A stretch of DNA of 64,000 bases from contig JBBTVD010000020.1 in NCBI GenBank assembly GCA_038063415.1, positions 11,629-75,628 on the forward strand, given 5' to 3'. Position numbers and translations under genes: made by a program. Source of the stretch: Patescibacteria group bacterium. Its GTDB lineage: Bacteria > Patescibacteriota > Microgenomatia > Levybacterales > UBA12049. The notes beneath the pieces were generated by a model. It saw nothing but the letters and a program-made list of their open reading frames with translations. It had not been told where the DNA came from and did no database searches. Below, piece after piece: positions 31,062 through 41,192 of the stretch. Every line of letters starts with the position of its first letter. Positions within the stretch are counted from its first letter, which is position 1.

Positions 31062-31961
31062 TCAATGGACAAAGGTAATGACAACAGAATCTGGCACTCC
31101 TTCATCTGCATCTTGTTCTGTTCGGATCACATGGTCGGTCTGATCACCATTTATGGCGGGTGAAGCTATTTGCTTTTTGTTTCCTTTATGCGGTAGAGAA
31201 GTGTCAATGAATCCATGAACATCGGTAAGGTTTACCTGTGATGTCGTGGAGCTGATACACAGGTAGTCTGGAGGAAGAGCAAAGCGGGGGTCATCAATAG
31301 CAACAAATAAGTCATTGACTGCTTCGCGACGATTTGTTTCTCCTTTAGTGTCGATTAAGATTGGTTCATCATTATCTCTTGGTGGTATCCACATTCTACT
31401 TCTTGGATCAAGCCTAAGCTCAATACCATAGGGTTCTTCTGGATGATCTGGATGAGTCCAAAATTCCCAGTCAGTGCCTTTTTCCCCTGTTAGATCAATC
31501 ATTCTCTTTGTTAGTAACTCTTTTAATGCTTCTCCAGTAATGGGAGGTCCAGCAAATCGGTAGGGTCTGACAATATCTGTATTATCTTCTATAAGAATTG
31601 GCCTCGCACAATGATTTTCAACAAGAACAAAAATGCCAGTATCTTCTGTCTGGTTTTCTTTAGTAAACGTTTCGAGCCAATTTGCATTTGGGTCAGGCAA
31701 ATGAAGTCCTAGATGAGCATACCTGCTACGTACATGAAAATTAATATCCTGATCAGATCTATCTGCTCTAAAAAGATGTGCTACGTCTTTTAATTCTGGT
31801 GCTCGTAGTTTGACAAAAGCCATTCCTCTTGCCGGGAGGACAACTTCACCTATAGTTGCCAAGTCTTTCTTTCCAAGAAGTAGAGAGCTTTCTTTTTTAT
31901 TCCCGGCAATCTCCTGGCGAATGCTATTTGCTTGAGAACATGTTTCTAAACGCATAGACAA
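31062..31961 (-). CDS. hypothetical protein, possibly a divergent dCTP-deaminase-like fold
   Basis: RSRYAHLGLH segment resembles the dCTP deaminase RSS.aRlGl motif; weak. Confidence 0.4.
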   Translation of the reverse strand: MSMRLETCSQANSIRQEIAGNKKESSLLLGKKDLATIGEVVLPARGMAFVKLRAPELKDVAHLFRADRSDQDINFHVRSRYAHLGLHLPDPNANWLETFTKENQTEDTGIFVLVENHCARPILIEDNTDIVRPYRFAGPPITGEALKELLTKRMIDLTGEKGTDWEFWTHPDHPEEPYGIELRLDPRSRMWIPPRDNDEPILIDTKGETNRREAVNDLFVAIDDPRFALPPDYLCISSTTSQVNLTDVHGFIDTSLPHKGNKKQIASPAINGDQTDHVIRTEQDADEGVPDSVVITFVH

Positions 31962-32015
31962 ACCACATTATAAAGCAATAGTTATTGTTTGCAACAAATT
32001 TGCTAAAATGACAGT

Positions 32016-32772
32016 ATGATTGCACAATTACGAAAGGAAATCCAAAAAGCAGCAGATCCCAGGAAAGCTACATTTGTTGCACGGTTTTTTAAAACAGATC
32101 CAGGAGACTACGGAGAAGGGGATGTGTTTATTGGATTAACCGTTCCCCAATGTCGAAAGATAGTTGCTGCATATCATGATCTATCGCTTGAAGAGATTGG
32201 CCAGTTGTTGCAATCAAAGATTCATGAAGAGCGTTTAATTGCTTTACTATTGTTGGTTCACCAATTCCAAAAAGGGGATCAATCTCAAAAAAAAGATATC
32301 TATACGTTTTATCTTGCTCATACCAAGTTCATCAATAATTGGGACTTGGTTGATCTTTCTGCGGATAAGATTGTTGGAGAGTATCTTTTTTCTCAATCCG
32401 TCATTGCGAGCGAAGCAAAGCAATCTCATCGTGAGGGGATTGCCACGTCGTCTTTGACTCCTCGCAATGACGATATTTTGGTAATCCTTGCTCAGTCAGA
32501 CAGTCTTTGGGAGCGAAGAATTGCAATGATTGCAACCTATGCTTTTATTAAAAATGGTGAATCTGATTTGACGTTTAAGATTGCAGATATTCTCTTACAT
32601 GATAGTCATGATCTCATCCAAAAAGCTGTGGGGTGGATGCTTCGAGAGAGTCTCAAAAGAACAAGAAGAAGTATTTCTCAAACCAAGATATCACAAGATG
32701 CCGCGTACCATGCTGCGATATGCTATTGAACGGTTCCCAGATGTAGAACGGAGGCATTATTTACAGAAGTAA
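32016..32772 (+). pseudogene. DNA alkylation repair protein (AlkD-like), with in-frame repeat insertion and a frameshift near 32648
   Basis: FFKT.PG.YGEGD, NNWDLVDLSA, LWERRIAM, KAVGWMLRE. The C-terminus (MPRTMLRYAIERF) continues in another frame. Confidence 0.8.
32399..32472. repeat. Palindromic repeat element (RPE/REP-like) inside CDS
   Basis: 12-bp perfect IR CGTCATTGCGAG...CTCGCAATGACG. Confidence 0.85.
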
Positions 32773-32778
32773 TTCCTG

Positions 32779-34680
32779 TTAAATCCCTTCCCATACGATT
32801 GTTTCTCTTTGTGTCGGGATACCATACCCTTCCAGCTCTCTTTGTATTTGCTGTATGTCTGCGGTGCTGATAAATTCTTTATATGTTGTTGTTTTATCTG
32901 GGTGTGCTCCAGAATGCGCAAGTAAACCTAGGAAGAGAATATATGCGTCATTATCGTTAATCCAATCAGGTCTTGTGAATCGTTCGTAAAAGGCATCTCC
33001 CAAGGCTTCAGATGTTAGGGTAGAGGAGATATATGCCATGCCATTATAGTGATCAAGTGGATCAAGATTGGTCAATAATGTCTCATGCGGATGATTTATC
33101 CCTGTGCCTTTTTTATATAATGCACTGATGCGAGGTTGCATCTGATCAACAAGTTCTCCTGCTTGCTCACTACTGAGGTGCGTTTGTCCAGATTTTAATC
33201 TTCTTTCAAGCTCTTGTGCTACTGTTTGTTGGGTTAATGCTTCGACAATATTTCTTCGGATAATAATTGCCTTCTCAAGATCTGGTGACTCCTGGTGCGT
33301 TGTGGCAGATGAGTTTCCCATGATAATTCTCATTTGTGTTTCCAATAATTCAGCAATTTCTTCTTGAATACGAGGAGCGATTTCATGATAGGAACCTTTC
33401 TGATAGACGCCGTTGGTTTCTAATTGTTGTAAAAGAAAAGAGTGCGCTTTATGCGTCAGTTCATGGAGGTGGGCTGCCGCGAAACGTTCTTTTGAACGTC
33501 GTGGATTGTTGTTTACCACATTTACGGGAAGCCCTGCGGTATTGGTATAGCTGAAGTTCCAGGCTCGCATAGCACCTGTCCTGCTGGCAGTTGCTTCTAC
33601 ATGGCTTGTTTCAAGAGAAACATCTGCCAATGGTAAGAGGCTGTATGCATGATCCTCCACTTCTCTTATTTTTCTTGTAATTTGTTCTGCTGATTCAGCT
33701 TCTTCAGGAAGCCTGTGAGTGATTGCTCTTTCAAGCTGTACTTCTGCATAGTTTATTTTTCCCTCTTGCTCTCTCTTTTCTCTGGCGCGAGGAGTTTCTG
33801 TTTGCATATGAGCTAAGAGGTTTTGTGTCTCTGCGCTATCAGATTCGAGCGCGTTCTCCAGATTTATTGCTAAATTTTTAGGGTCAGGAAAGTCATATAT
33901 TTCTAAATACGTTTCCCAATCAATTCCCATTTGTAGCAGAAATGCATGCGTTTTCCAGGTTAATTGCAAATGTTTGATCTGGAGCTCTCTATCACTCAAT
34001 CTTTGTTCGACAACTCCAGAAAGAACATCTCTCACTTTTTTATCTCCGCGATGATTATCCAAAAAGTTTTTCGCGAAAGGGAAATGAGCGTTGTCAGTAG
34101 TTTGAAGAGCTCTTTGATACAGCTCATCAGCTTCTCCTTCATCAGCAGCTTTTTTTGCAGCTTCTTGCTTAAATAATGTAAGTATTTCTGGTGTCGGGGC
34201 TATTTCTCCCGACGCTCGACCTTGCGCAGTGACCCCATTTATTTCATCTTCCAGAACATAAAATTCCTGAGAAAAAAGATTCCATAACGCATATGAGCTG
34301 AATTTTCGAAGTTTTCTTGCGGTAGATTTTTTTTCAGTCTTATCCGTTGCGTGGTCATACTTTAGCTTCAAATAGCTGCCGATAGTAGCGAGTTGTTCTT
34401 TTCTTGCTTCGTGATTGTGCTCCAGTTGGATAGCACTTTTAAAAGGTTGACGCGCTTGATGAGAGAAAAATTTATCCGCGGTATCTTGTGACCAACCTAA
34501 GATATGTGCGATACGCGGGATCGTTGTTGTTGCATCAATTTCATCACCAACATCAGAGATGAGTCGATCAATGCCTTGTTCTCTATATGCTTCTGCACCT
34601 GACAGTCTCCAAACTTTTCTTTCTGCTTGTCTTACTCTCACCTCTGGAGACTTTAAAAAGGATATTCGCTCGATTGTCAT
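32779..34680 (-). CDS. hypothetical protein with possible gluzincin metallopeptidase motif
   Basis: HELTH followed downstream by EEIAE. Confidence 0.5.
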   Translation of the reverse strand: MTIERISFLKSPEVRVRQAERKVWRLSGAEAYREQGIDRLISDVGDEIDATTTIPRIAHILGWSQDTADKFFSHQARQPFKSAIQLEHNHEARKEQLATIGSYLKLKYDHATDKTEKKSTARKLRKFSSYALWNLFSQEFYVLEDEINGVTAQGRASGEIAPTPEILTLFKQEAAKKAADEGEADELYQRALQTTDNAHFPFAKNFLDNHRGDKKVRDVLSGVVEQRLSDRELQIKHLQLTWKTHAFLLQMGIDWETYLEIYDFPDPKNLAINLENALESDSAETQNLLAHMQTETPRAREKREQEGKINYAEVQLERAITHRLPEEAESAEQITRKIREVEDHAYSLLPLADVSLETSHVEATASRTGAMRAWNFSYTNTAGLPVNVVNNNPRRSKERFAAAHLHELTHKAHSFLLQQLETNGVYQKGSYHEIAPRIQEEIAELLETQMRIIMGNSSATTHQESPDLEKAIIIRRNIVEALTQQTVAQELERRLKSGQTHLSSEQAGELVDQMQPRISALYKKGTGINHPHETLLTNLDPLDHYNGMAYISSTLTSEALGDAFYERFTRPDWINDNDAYILFLGLLAHSGAHPDKTTTYKEFISTADIQQIQRELEGYGIPTQRETIVWEGI

Positions 34681-34767
34681 TAAACTAATTATAGGCTAGA
34701 ATACTCGCTTATGCATTGACAGCATCGTCACTAGAGATAGTATTTCTTTTATACTATACTTAGCGGT

Positions 34768-35883
34768 ATGTCTGACATTACAAAAATTAAACTCTCCACC
34801 ATCCTTGCAAGCAGCCAATTCTGGTGGCCGACTATTATTCTGTATTATCAGTGGCAGGAAATTCCAACAGAACAGATTTATCTCATGCTTGCTATTTATT
34901 CCGTTTGTGCCTTACTGTTTGAATATCCCACAGGCGTTGTTGCTGATTATTTCTCTCCAAAAATTTCACTGATCATCGGCTACTTTATTATGACGACAAC
35001 GTTCTTTTTCCAGACATTACATCTGCCACTGATGTATTATATTAGTTTTTTTGTGATTAATGCAGCGGCATATACCTTGACTTCAGGGAGCAATACGGCG
35101 CTTCTTCATTCTGTCTCAACCAACTTTAAACATGACTTTGCGCAAGTAAAAATGTATTCACTGATGATGACTGTTTTTTCAACCATCGTTGGAGGATTAA
35201 CGATTGCATTCGATCTACGGTGGTCACTTTATCTTAGCGGGTTTTGTTTTTTTCTTTCGGGGGTACTGCTTTTGCTTGCGAAGCCACATTCCTACACTCG
35301 TATTAGTGGTAATATTTTCAAAGGGGGACTGATTGGCCTTCAACATGTTAAAGCAAATACCCAATTACTCTACTTGCTGGTTATTGCCTCACTTATCAGC
35401 GGGTTTTTTATGAGCTTTAAGTTTTTCTACACACCACTTTTTTCGGCAATGAAACTGGATGAGACCAGTTGGGGGTTCTATATTGCTATTGGTGTGCTGA
35501 GTAGTGCGTTTGGTGTCCACCTCTTCAAAAAGTATTCCGATTGGGATACTCGTTTATTACTCCTGCTATTTCTTGGTTCATTTTTGCTTATTGGACTCGT
35601 GACGCATCCAATTATTGCGCTTGTTGGCATGTTTATTGCCTATTTCTTCAGGGGATATCTTGAAGCAAAACTGGGGGTAGAGATTAATCAGGCAATCTCT
35701 TCTCATGCACGGGCAAGCATCCTGTCTCTGGAAAGCTTTTTGACAAGAATTGTTTCAACGATTTTTACGCTGGTACTTGGGGTACTTACTGCACAGGTGT
35801 CCTTTTCTCTCCTGATGGTTGGTTCAGCCGTCTTCTTACTGCTTGTGGGAAGTTATCCGTTACTTCGGTTAAAAAAGATATAG
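34768..35883 (+). CDS. MFS transporter
   Basis: FEYPTGVVADYFSPK, RASILSL; ~12 TM. Confidence 0.88.
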   Translation: MSDITKIKLSTILASSQFWWPTIILYYQWQEIPTEQIYLMLAIYSVCALLFEYPTGVVADYFSPKISLIIGYFIMTTTFFFQTLHLPLMYYISFFVINAAAYTLTSGSNTALLHSVSTNFKHDFAQVKMYSLMMTVFSTIVGGLTIAFDLRWSLYLSGFCFFLSGVLLLLAKPHSYTRISGNIFKGGLIGLQHVKANTQLLYLLVIASLISGFFMSFKFFYTPLFSAMKLDETSWGFYIAIGVLSSAFGVHLFKKYSDWDTRLLLLLFLGSFLLIGLVTHPIIALVGMFIAYFFRGYLEAKLGVEINQAISSHARASILSLESFLTRIVSTIFTLVLGVLTAQVSFSLLMVGSAVFLLLVGSYPLLRLKKI

Positions 35884-37071
35884 CTACTGTTCTTTACTCA
35901 AGGCAAATCCAACAGCTGGAATGATCGCCAGAAGTGCAGCGATGGCCATAACAAAAAAGGCAGTAGTGATACTAAATTCATCTGAAATAAATCCAAGGAG
36001 TATCGGGGCAATAGTACCTCCAATACGAGCAATCATGGAATTAAAACCAAAGGCTTTTTCAAAGTTCCCATGATGTTCGACTGATTCTGAGACCATGGTT
36101 TGGACGACTGGCACCGTGCCTTTGGTAAAGACTCCCAGGACTATTGAACTCACGATAATAAGAGGCAGGAATGGTGTACTTGCCATAATGGTAATAAAAA
36201 CAGCCATCAGTAGCTGTGAAACAATAAAAATTTTGGTATTACCAAACCTATCGACAAGTCTACCCAAAGCTGTCTTACCGACAAAATTACCGGCAAAGTA
36301 TGCAGCCGAAAGCAGACCCAACAGAGCCGGTTCAGTCCCTCTCTCGAGTAATAAAAAGGGAAGGAAGATAAAAAGAGAAGTACTGGCAAAACTGTCAAAA
36401 AGGCTTGTGGCATTCACAAAGAGAAACCGCTTCTGAGCGATAATTTCTCTCAGTCTCATTGGCAGTGCTGGCTTTTCTTTAAGTGTCATTTTTTCTGTCT
36501 TTTTGAGTAAAAAGAAGAAAAAGAAGAAGCCAATGACTATTGCTATAATTGCATAAAGAAACGCGGTTGAGCGCCATCCAACAGCGGCAATAATAATCGT
36601 TACCAGTGAGGCAATCCCTATTCTTCCAACCTCGCCTAGCGCGGTGAAATTACCCATTTGTCTGCCCCGTGTTTCTTTGGTCGACCACTTGGCGATAAGT
36701 GCAAAGGCCACTGGATGAAATATTCCAAGTCCCACACCCGCAAGAATAACGGCAGGGAACAACCCCAAATAATTGGGGGAAAAAGAAGTTGCGAGATACC
36801 CTAGGGCATAAAAGAACATGCCAAATACCAATAGTCGAAGACCACCTATTTTGGCTGCGATATATCCTGAGGGAAGGGCGAGAAAAAAACCAAGAGAGCT
36901 GAGAATTGTGCCAAGTAATCCTACGTCAGTAAGACTTATGTGCATATCTTTGGCAATAAAGGGAAGAAACAGTGCGAAACTAGCAAAGTAACCATCATTA
37001 AGAATATGCAAGAGATTAAGTTGGAAAAAGGGATGGGTATGTTTTTGTATGAATCTATGGAGTATTTTCAT
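35884..37071 (-). CDS. MFS transporter (Fsr-like)
   Basis: HILNDGY, G.GIFHP, GRLVDRFG. Confidence 0.88.
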   Translation of the reverse strand: MKILHRFIQKHTHPFFQLNLLHILNDGYFASFALFLPFIAKDMHISLTDVGLLGTILSSLGFFLALPSGYIAAKIGGLRLLVFGMFFYALGYLATSFSPNYLGLFPAVILAGVGLGIFHPVAFALIAKWSTKETRGRQMGNFTALGEVGRIGIASLVTIIIAAVGWRSTAFLYAIIAIVIGFFFFFFLLKKTEKMTLKEKPALPMRLREIIAQKRFLFVNATSLFDSFASTSLFIFLPFLLLERGTEPALLGLLSAAYFAGNFVGKTALGRLVDRFGNTKIFIVSQLLMAVFITIMASTPFLPLIIVSSIVLGVFTKGTVPVVQTMVSESVEHHGNFEKAFGFNSMIARIGGTIAPILLGFISDEFSITTAFFVMAIAALLAIIPAVGFALSKEQ

Positions 37072-37131
37072 ACGCTTTAGTATAGCATAGCGCTTGACAG
37101 GGACATGTTTGTGTTATAACATAATTATATT

Positions 37132-37371
37132 ATGCAAATGCAGCAATCAGTTATTCAAATAGGAAATTCTCTGGGTATTGTGATCCCAAAAGGTCTTCGT
37201 GGTGAATTACAAGCAGGAGATAAGGTACTTATTACCGGAAAGCCAACCAATATTTTGATTACACCCGCAAAAACGAATAAAACAGGCGGTGTGGATGCAA
37301 AGTTTATGCAAATGGTTGACGAATTTATTACCGAGCACGAAGATGTCCTTAAGGAATTAGCAAAACGGTGA
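37132..37371 (+). CDS. AbrB/MazE-family antitoxin
   Basis: VIQIGNSLGIVIPK; C-terminal HEDVLKELAK; overlaps the toxin start. Confidence 0.88.
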   Translation: MQMQQSVIQIGNSLGIVIPKGLRGELQAGDKVLITGKPTNILITPAKTNKTGGVDAKFMQMVDEFITEHEDVLKELAKR

Positions 37372-37757
37372 ATTATTTGACTCCACAACAAGTTTTGGCA
37401 ATTCATGATGCTGTCATCAAGCGGACAGGTGGTTCTCACGGCTTGCGTGATGTAGGGCTTTTGGAATCAGCTGTCTACCGTCCACAGGCAAGTTATGATG
37501 GAGGGGATCTCTATCCGACACTTTTTGAAAAGGCTGCTGCTTTGTTCCATTCATTACTTAAAAATCATCCCTTTGTTGACGGCAACAAACGCACATCGTT
37601 GGCTTCTGCTGGATTATTTTTGCAGATAAATAACTTGCAATTAGTGAATACACATGAGAAGGAGCTGGAGTTTGCTCTGAAGGTAGAGAATGCAAGTTTG
37701 ACGTTTGAGGAAATAACTCTTTGGTTTAAGCAAAATACAAAAAAGTTATCTACATAA
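37368..37757 (+). CDS. doc: Doc (death-on-curing) family toxin
   Basis: GLRDVGLLESA..RP, NHPFVDGNKRT. Confidence 0.9.
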   Translation: MNYLTPQQVLAIHDAVIKRTGGSHGLRDVGLLESAVYRPQASYDGGDLYPTLFEKAAALFHSLLKNHPFVDGNKRTSLASAGLFLQINNLQLVNTHEKELEFALKVENASLTFEEITLWFKQNTKKLST

Positions 37758-37795
37758 AAATAACTGGTCTGACCAAAATAAAGCTTTTAATAAAA

Positions 37796-38227
37796 TTATA
37801 AAAATTTTGTCATTTCAACAAAGTCCGTGTGGAAATAATGGTTTGGAAGATCAGCTGTTTTTTTGTACCCTTGTGATACATAAAAGGTAACGGATTCCCA
37901 ATCTTTTCCAGTTTGTAAATATATTTTATGCACACCATGTTCTCTGGCAAGCTTTTCTGCTTTTGCGATGAGAACTCTCCCTATACCTTGACTCCTTTTG
38001 CCGTCGGCCACCAGAAAGATGTCGATGTAGGCGACATCTGCATTAATCGTAAAAGTAAGTGATCCGATAATTTCTTTGTCTTCACATACTTCCAGTGTGA
38101 AGTCTTTTTTCTGCCACCTGTCCCAAGGGATTGGTTTTCCATAATGTTTTACATCTTCAGAAGCCCACTCTTTCTTATGGAATGCTTCAAGTTTTTTACT
38201 GCCTTTTTTGGTAATTTTTATATTCAT
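37796..38227 (-). CDS. GNAT acetyltransferase
   Basis: RSQGIGRVLI, FYVSQGY; start moved to MNIKIT. Confidence 0.85.
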   Translation of the reverse strand: MNIKITKKGSKKLEAFHKKEWASEDVKHYGKPIPWDRWQKKDFTLEVCEDKEIIGSLTFTINADVAYIDIFLVADGKRSQGIGRVLIAKAEKLAREHGVHKIYLQTGKDWESVTFYVSQGYKKTADLPNHYFHTDFVEMTKFL

Positions 38228-38411
38228 CGCTCTCTCGAATACTTTATCCCTAGAATGCCAACATTCATAATAATAACATACATTTGGATCCTGAATTAGA
38301 TCATCAGGAAGAACCCGTTCCACAGGTTGTCTGCATATCGTTATTATACATGAGATAACCAAATACCAGCTTGTCAGTGTCTCAAAAGATTGTTATTATT
38401 GCTAAACATCT

Positions 38412-38990
38412 ATGGCACAGCAAACATTTACCGAGAGTAACTTTAAAACCCAAGTGCTTAGCGCTGAGAATATCTCATTTCGAAGAGTACAAATGGAGGA
38501 TTTGCCACTTCTTCATAGGTGGTTAAATGAACCCCATGTCCATGCGTGGTACGATAAAGATGAAGAGCAAACCTTCGATCATGTTTCCAAAGAGTATCTA
38601 CCAAAAATAACTGGTGAAGAACCAACCAAAGGCTATATTGTCCTGTATGATACGTATCCTGTTGCCTATATACAAAGTTATAGAGCGGGAGACTGGCCAG
38701 AATTTTCTCATATAACAGGCTATGGGGCTTCAGATGCAGGAGTTGATCTTTTTGTTGGAGATCCAAAACTGATGGGTAAAGGTTTCGGGACTATGATGAT
38801 AAAAAAATTTTTACAAGAGATTATTTTTGTCGATCCAGGTATTAAAAAATGTTTCATTGACCCTGAACCCAATAATAAGCGAGCAATTAGAGCCTATGAA
38901 AAAGCAGGATTCAGGTATGTCAAAACAGTACAAATGCCTGACGAGCCAGACCCCTCCTATTTCATGGAGATTAATAAAGAAGAGCAGTAA
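38412..38990 (+). CDS. GNAT acetyltransferase (AAC(6')-like / Acetyltransf_8)
   Basis: WLNEPHVHAWY, GVDLFVG, GKGFGT, DPEPNNKRAIRAYEKAGF. Confidence 0.88.
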   Translation: MAQQTFTESNFKTQVLSAENISFRRVQMEDLPLLHRWLNEPHVHAWYDKDEEQTFDHVSKEYLPKITGEEPTKGYIVLYDTYPVAYIQSYRAGDWPEFSHITGYGASDAGVDLFVGDPKLMGKGFGTMMIKKFLQEIIFVDPGIKKCFIDPEPNNKRAIRAYEKAGFRYVKTVQMPDEPDPSYFMEINKEEQ

Positions 38991-39005
38991 TACATTGTAG
39001 CCGTC

Positions 39006-39440
39006 TTACGCCTCTTTTTTGGTTTGCCATAATATTCTATCTATAGGTCCGTCTTGGGACTTTGACTTTATATGTTCATAAGACTGTTGCAAGATTTTCT
39101 CAAGGATTGGCAGCTCTATATCATGAACCTGCTTGATATACAGACAATACCCGGTAGTCGTATGTTTACCTAGCGTAGCCAGGAGTTCAGAGTAACGTGC
39201 CGTGCCGTCCATCAGGTAAATAGTAATCTTACCTTTCCTTGGATAAAAGCCAATAACAAGACCGTCACCTTCACGTCCGCTATCGTATTTGTAATGGTAG
39301 GTATCAAATCCGATAGTGCCTACATTCCACATCTTTGGTGCCTGGTCGCTTATCCGCTGCATCATTGCAATAAGCACTTGGCTATCTTTTACGGTTTGTC
39401 CGTCTAGTGAAGTAAGGTAGTCTTTTGTCCATGAATCCAT
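39006..39440 (-). CDS. DUF1801 (YdhG-like) protein
   Basis: PKMW..IGF..YHYKYDSGREGD, LGKHTT...CLYIK. Confidence 0.85.
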   Translation of the reverse strand: MDSWTKDYLTSLDGQTVKDSQVLIAMMQRISDQAPKMWNVGTIGFDTYHYKYDSGREGDGLVIGFYPRKGKITIYLMDGTARYSELLATLGKHTTTGYCLYIKQVHDIELPILEKILQQSYEHIKSKSQDGPIDRILWQTKKEA

Positions 39441-39445
39441 TATAT

Positions 39446-40192
39446 CTACTTTGGTTGACCAACTTCATGATTCAATAAAAAAATTACGCCTTCTGTTTGT
39501 CTAAATGAATTTGGCCAGGAAGTCCTTCGGTCCACACGAGCTCTGATTTCATCACCAGCTTGGGGACTTGGATAGACTAACGAGCCCTTTGGAGATCTCA
39601 ATTCAGTATAGCTACAAACTAATGTCGCTGGGCTTGTTCGTGGACCTAAATCTAGCGGAGTATGATAGTAATCTGACGGTGTTGTATCCTCGACTACGGT
39701 ACCCTGAATGTATCCTACTTTACCAGATGCTGCTAGATTACGATAATAACCCCGAGAATTCGGGGTAGAAATTGGTTGTTCTATACCTAGTACACGAGTA
39801 ATTTTAGCCCTTCTTGATGGTGCATAGATGTTTTTTTCTGGGCTTAATTCGACTTGCAGTGCAACGTTTACTCCCGCCAGTTGTTGCCATGCCGCCGCTT
39901 CCTGAGCATCTTCCATCTTGAAATACAAACGGTAGCTAGGAGAGTGTCGTCGATCATCTCTTACGTTCATCCAGGCAGTTTCTATTCCTCCAAATAGCAT
40001 TTCTCCTAATACTAAAGCTCGTGATTGGTCTGGAGCGTTTAAGCCTGCTGCTTCTGGATTGTATTTAGGAGTATATAGATTTTCGTTCGCCATGGATCCA
40101 AATGGCCAATGCGTTACAACGCTATCGCTATCTTCAACACGTGCCACAAATGTTTCCGATGATAATCCACGTTTTTTAAATTCAGCTGTCAT
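39446..40192 (-). CDS. hypothetical protein (248 aa)
   Basis: ATG 6 nt after TATAAT; start moved to MTAEFK. Confidence 0.65.
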   Translation of the reverse strand: MTAEFKKRGLSSETFVARVEDSDSVVTHWPFGSMANENLYTPKYNPEAAGLNAPDQSRALVLGEMLFGGIETAWMNVRDDRRHSPSYRLYFKMEDAQEAAAWQQLAGVNVALQVELSPEKNIYAPSRRAKITRVLGIEQPISTPNSRGYYRNLAASGKVGYIQGTVVEDTTPSDYYHTPLDLGPRTSPATLVCSYTELRSPKGSLVYPSPQAGDEIRARVDRRTSWPNSFRQTEGVIFLLNHEVGQPK

Positions 40193-40249
40193 GGAGGGAT
40201 TATAACGAATTTTGAAGAGATGATCAACTATCTGTACTATCGGATGTAA

Positions 40250-40303
40250 TAGGCTCTTGTGAAAGACGTTAGAACTCTTTACGCACAAAATGGTGAGTTT
40301 TAC
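40250..40303 (+). repeat. att-like site, right arm (motif B) with degenerate core; distal edge of array
   Basis: TAGG-N15-TTAGAACTCTTTACGCACAAAATGGTGAGTTTTA. Confidence 0.75.
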
Positions 40304-40381
40304 GGCCCCATATTGAATACTAACTAGATTTTATCCTTTAATGTTTTAATTGTGCTATAAATAATGTAAAATACACTTCTT

Positions 40382-41134
40382 ATGGCACGACCAGAAGGAA
40401 ATCCTATTGAAGGTTTAAGAAAGCTTATTCACGCAGCTTTTATGGAAGTAGTTCGTTCTTTTGCAGGGATTCTTGCATCTCTAAAAGTGCAAAAGAGGAA
40501 ACGCAGGATGTTCGTTATTTCTAGTAGTATAGGATTTGGCATTACCTATATATTATTTCTTCTTACCTATGGAATTCTCCCCCAATTTGATCGAACAAAT
40601 GTAAGACTGCCTGTATTCTGCGAAGGGACTCAAGGCGACCTTACGATACCTTCTCGATTGAGATATGCATTGCCTAATGGAGAGATTGGTATATTGATAA
40701 AGAGTAACGCTGAAACTGCTGTTGTAGCCACTATTGATACAAGTAATCCATCTGATGCAAGCACGGTCTTTGTGGTAAGCAAAGATGGCAATAAAATGCT
40801 GAGAACGATGCATTTTGAGAACGATGTTATTAGTGCCGCTATCGATGAGGGAATTGTTTACATTTTCAATGACAAGTTAGGGTATCTTCTGGACGAACAT
40901 ACTGGCGAGGATGAAAAAACATTTCTTAAAATAGATAACTATGGTGGTCTTTCCCAATCTAATAACCCCATTCTTCCATTTGGTTCTGATGGTTATTGGT
41001 ATATGGAAACGACTGGTATCATCTCAAGTTGGCATATTGATGGGAAAGTCAAATCACGACCTCGTTTGGTGTTTAATGGCATTGCGCGAGGTTGTTTTAT
41101 ATCAGGTGAGACTGGTCAGGTTATTAACCTCTGA
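40382..41134 (+). CDS. Membrane protein X, copy 1 (5' end replaced)
   Basis: Identical to 44454..45266 over the C-terminal part, with an unrelated N-terminus. Confidence 0.7.
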   Translation: MARPEGNPIEGLRKLIHAAFMEVVRSFAGILASLKVQKRKRRMFVISSSIGFGITYILFLLTYGILPQFDRTNVRLPVFCEGTQGDLTIPSRLRYALPNGEIGILIKSNAETAVVATIDTSNPSDASTVFVVSKDGNKMLRTMHFENDVISAAIDEGIVYIFNDKLGYLLDEHTGEDEKTFLKIDNYGGLSQSNNPILPFGSDGYWYMETTGIISSWHIDGKVKSRPRLVFNGIARGCFISGETGQVINL

Positions 41135-41192
41135 GAAGTAATTATGCATTCACTTGAAAAGCCCATAGTTTTATGATAAGATTTACGACTCT

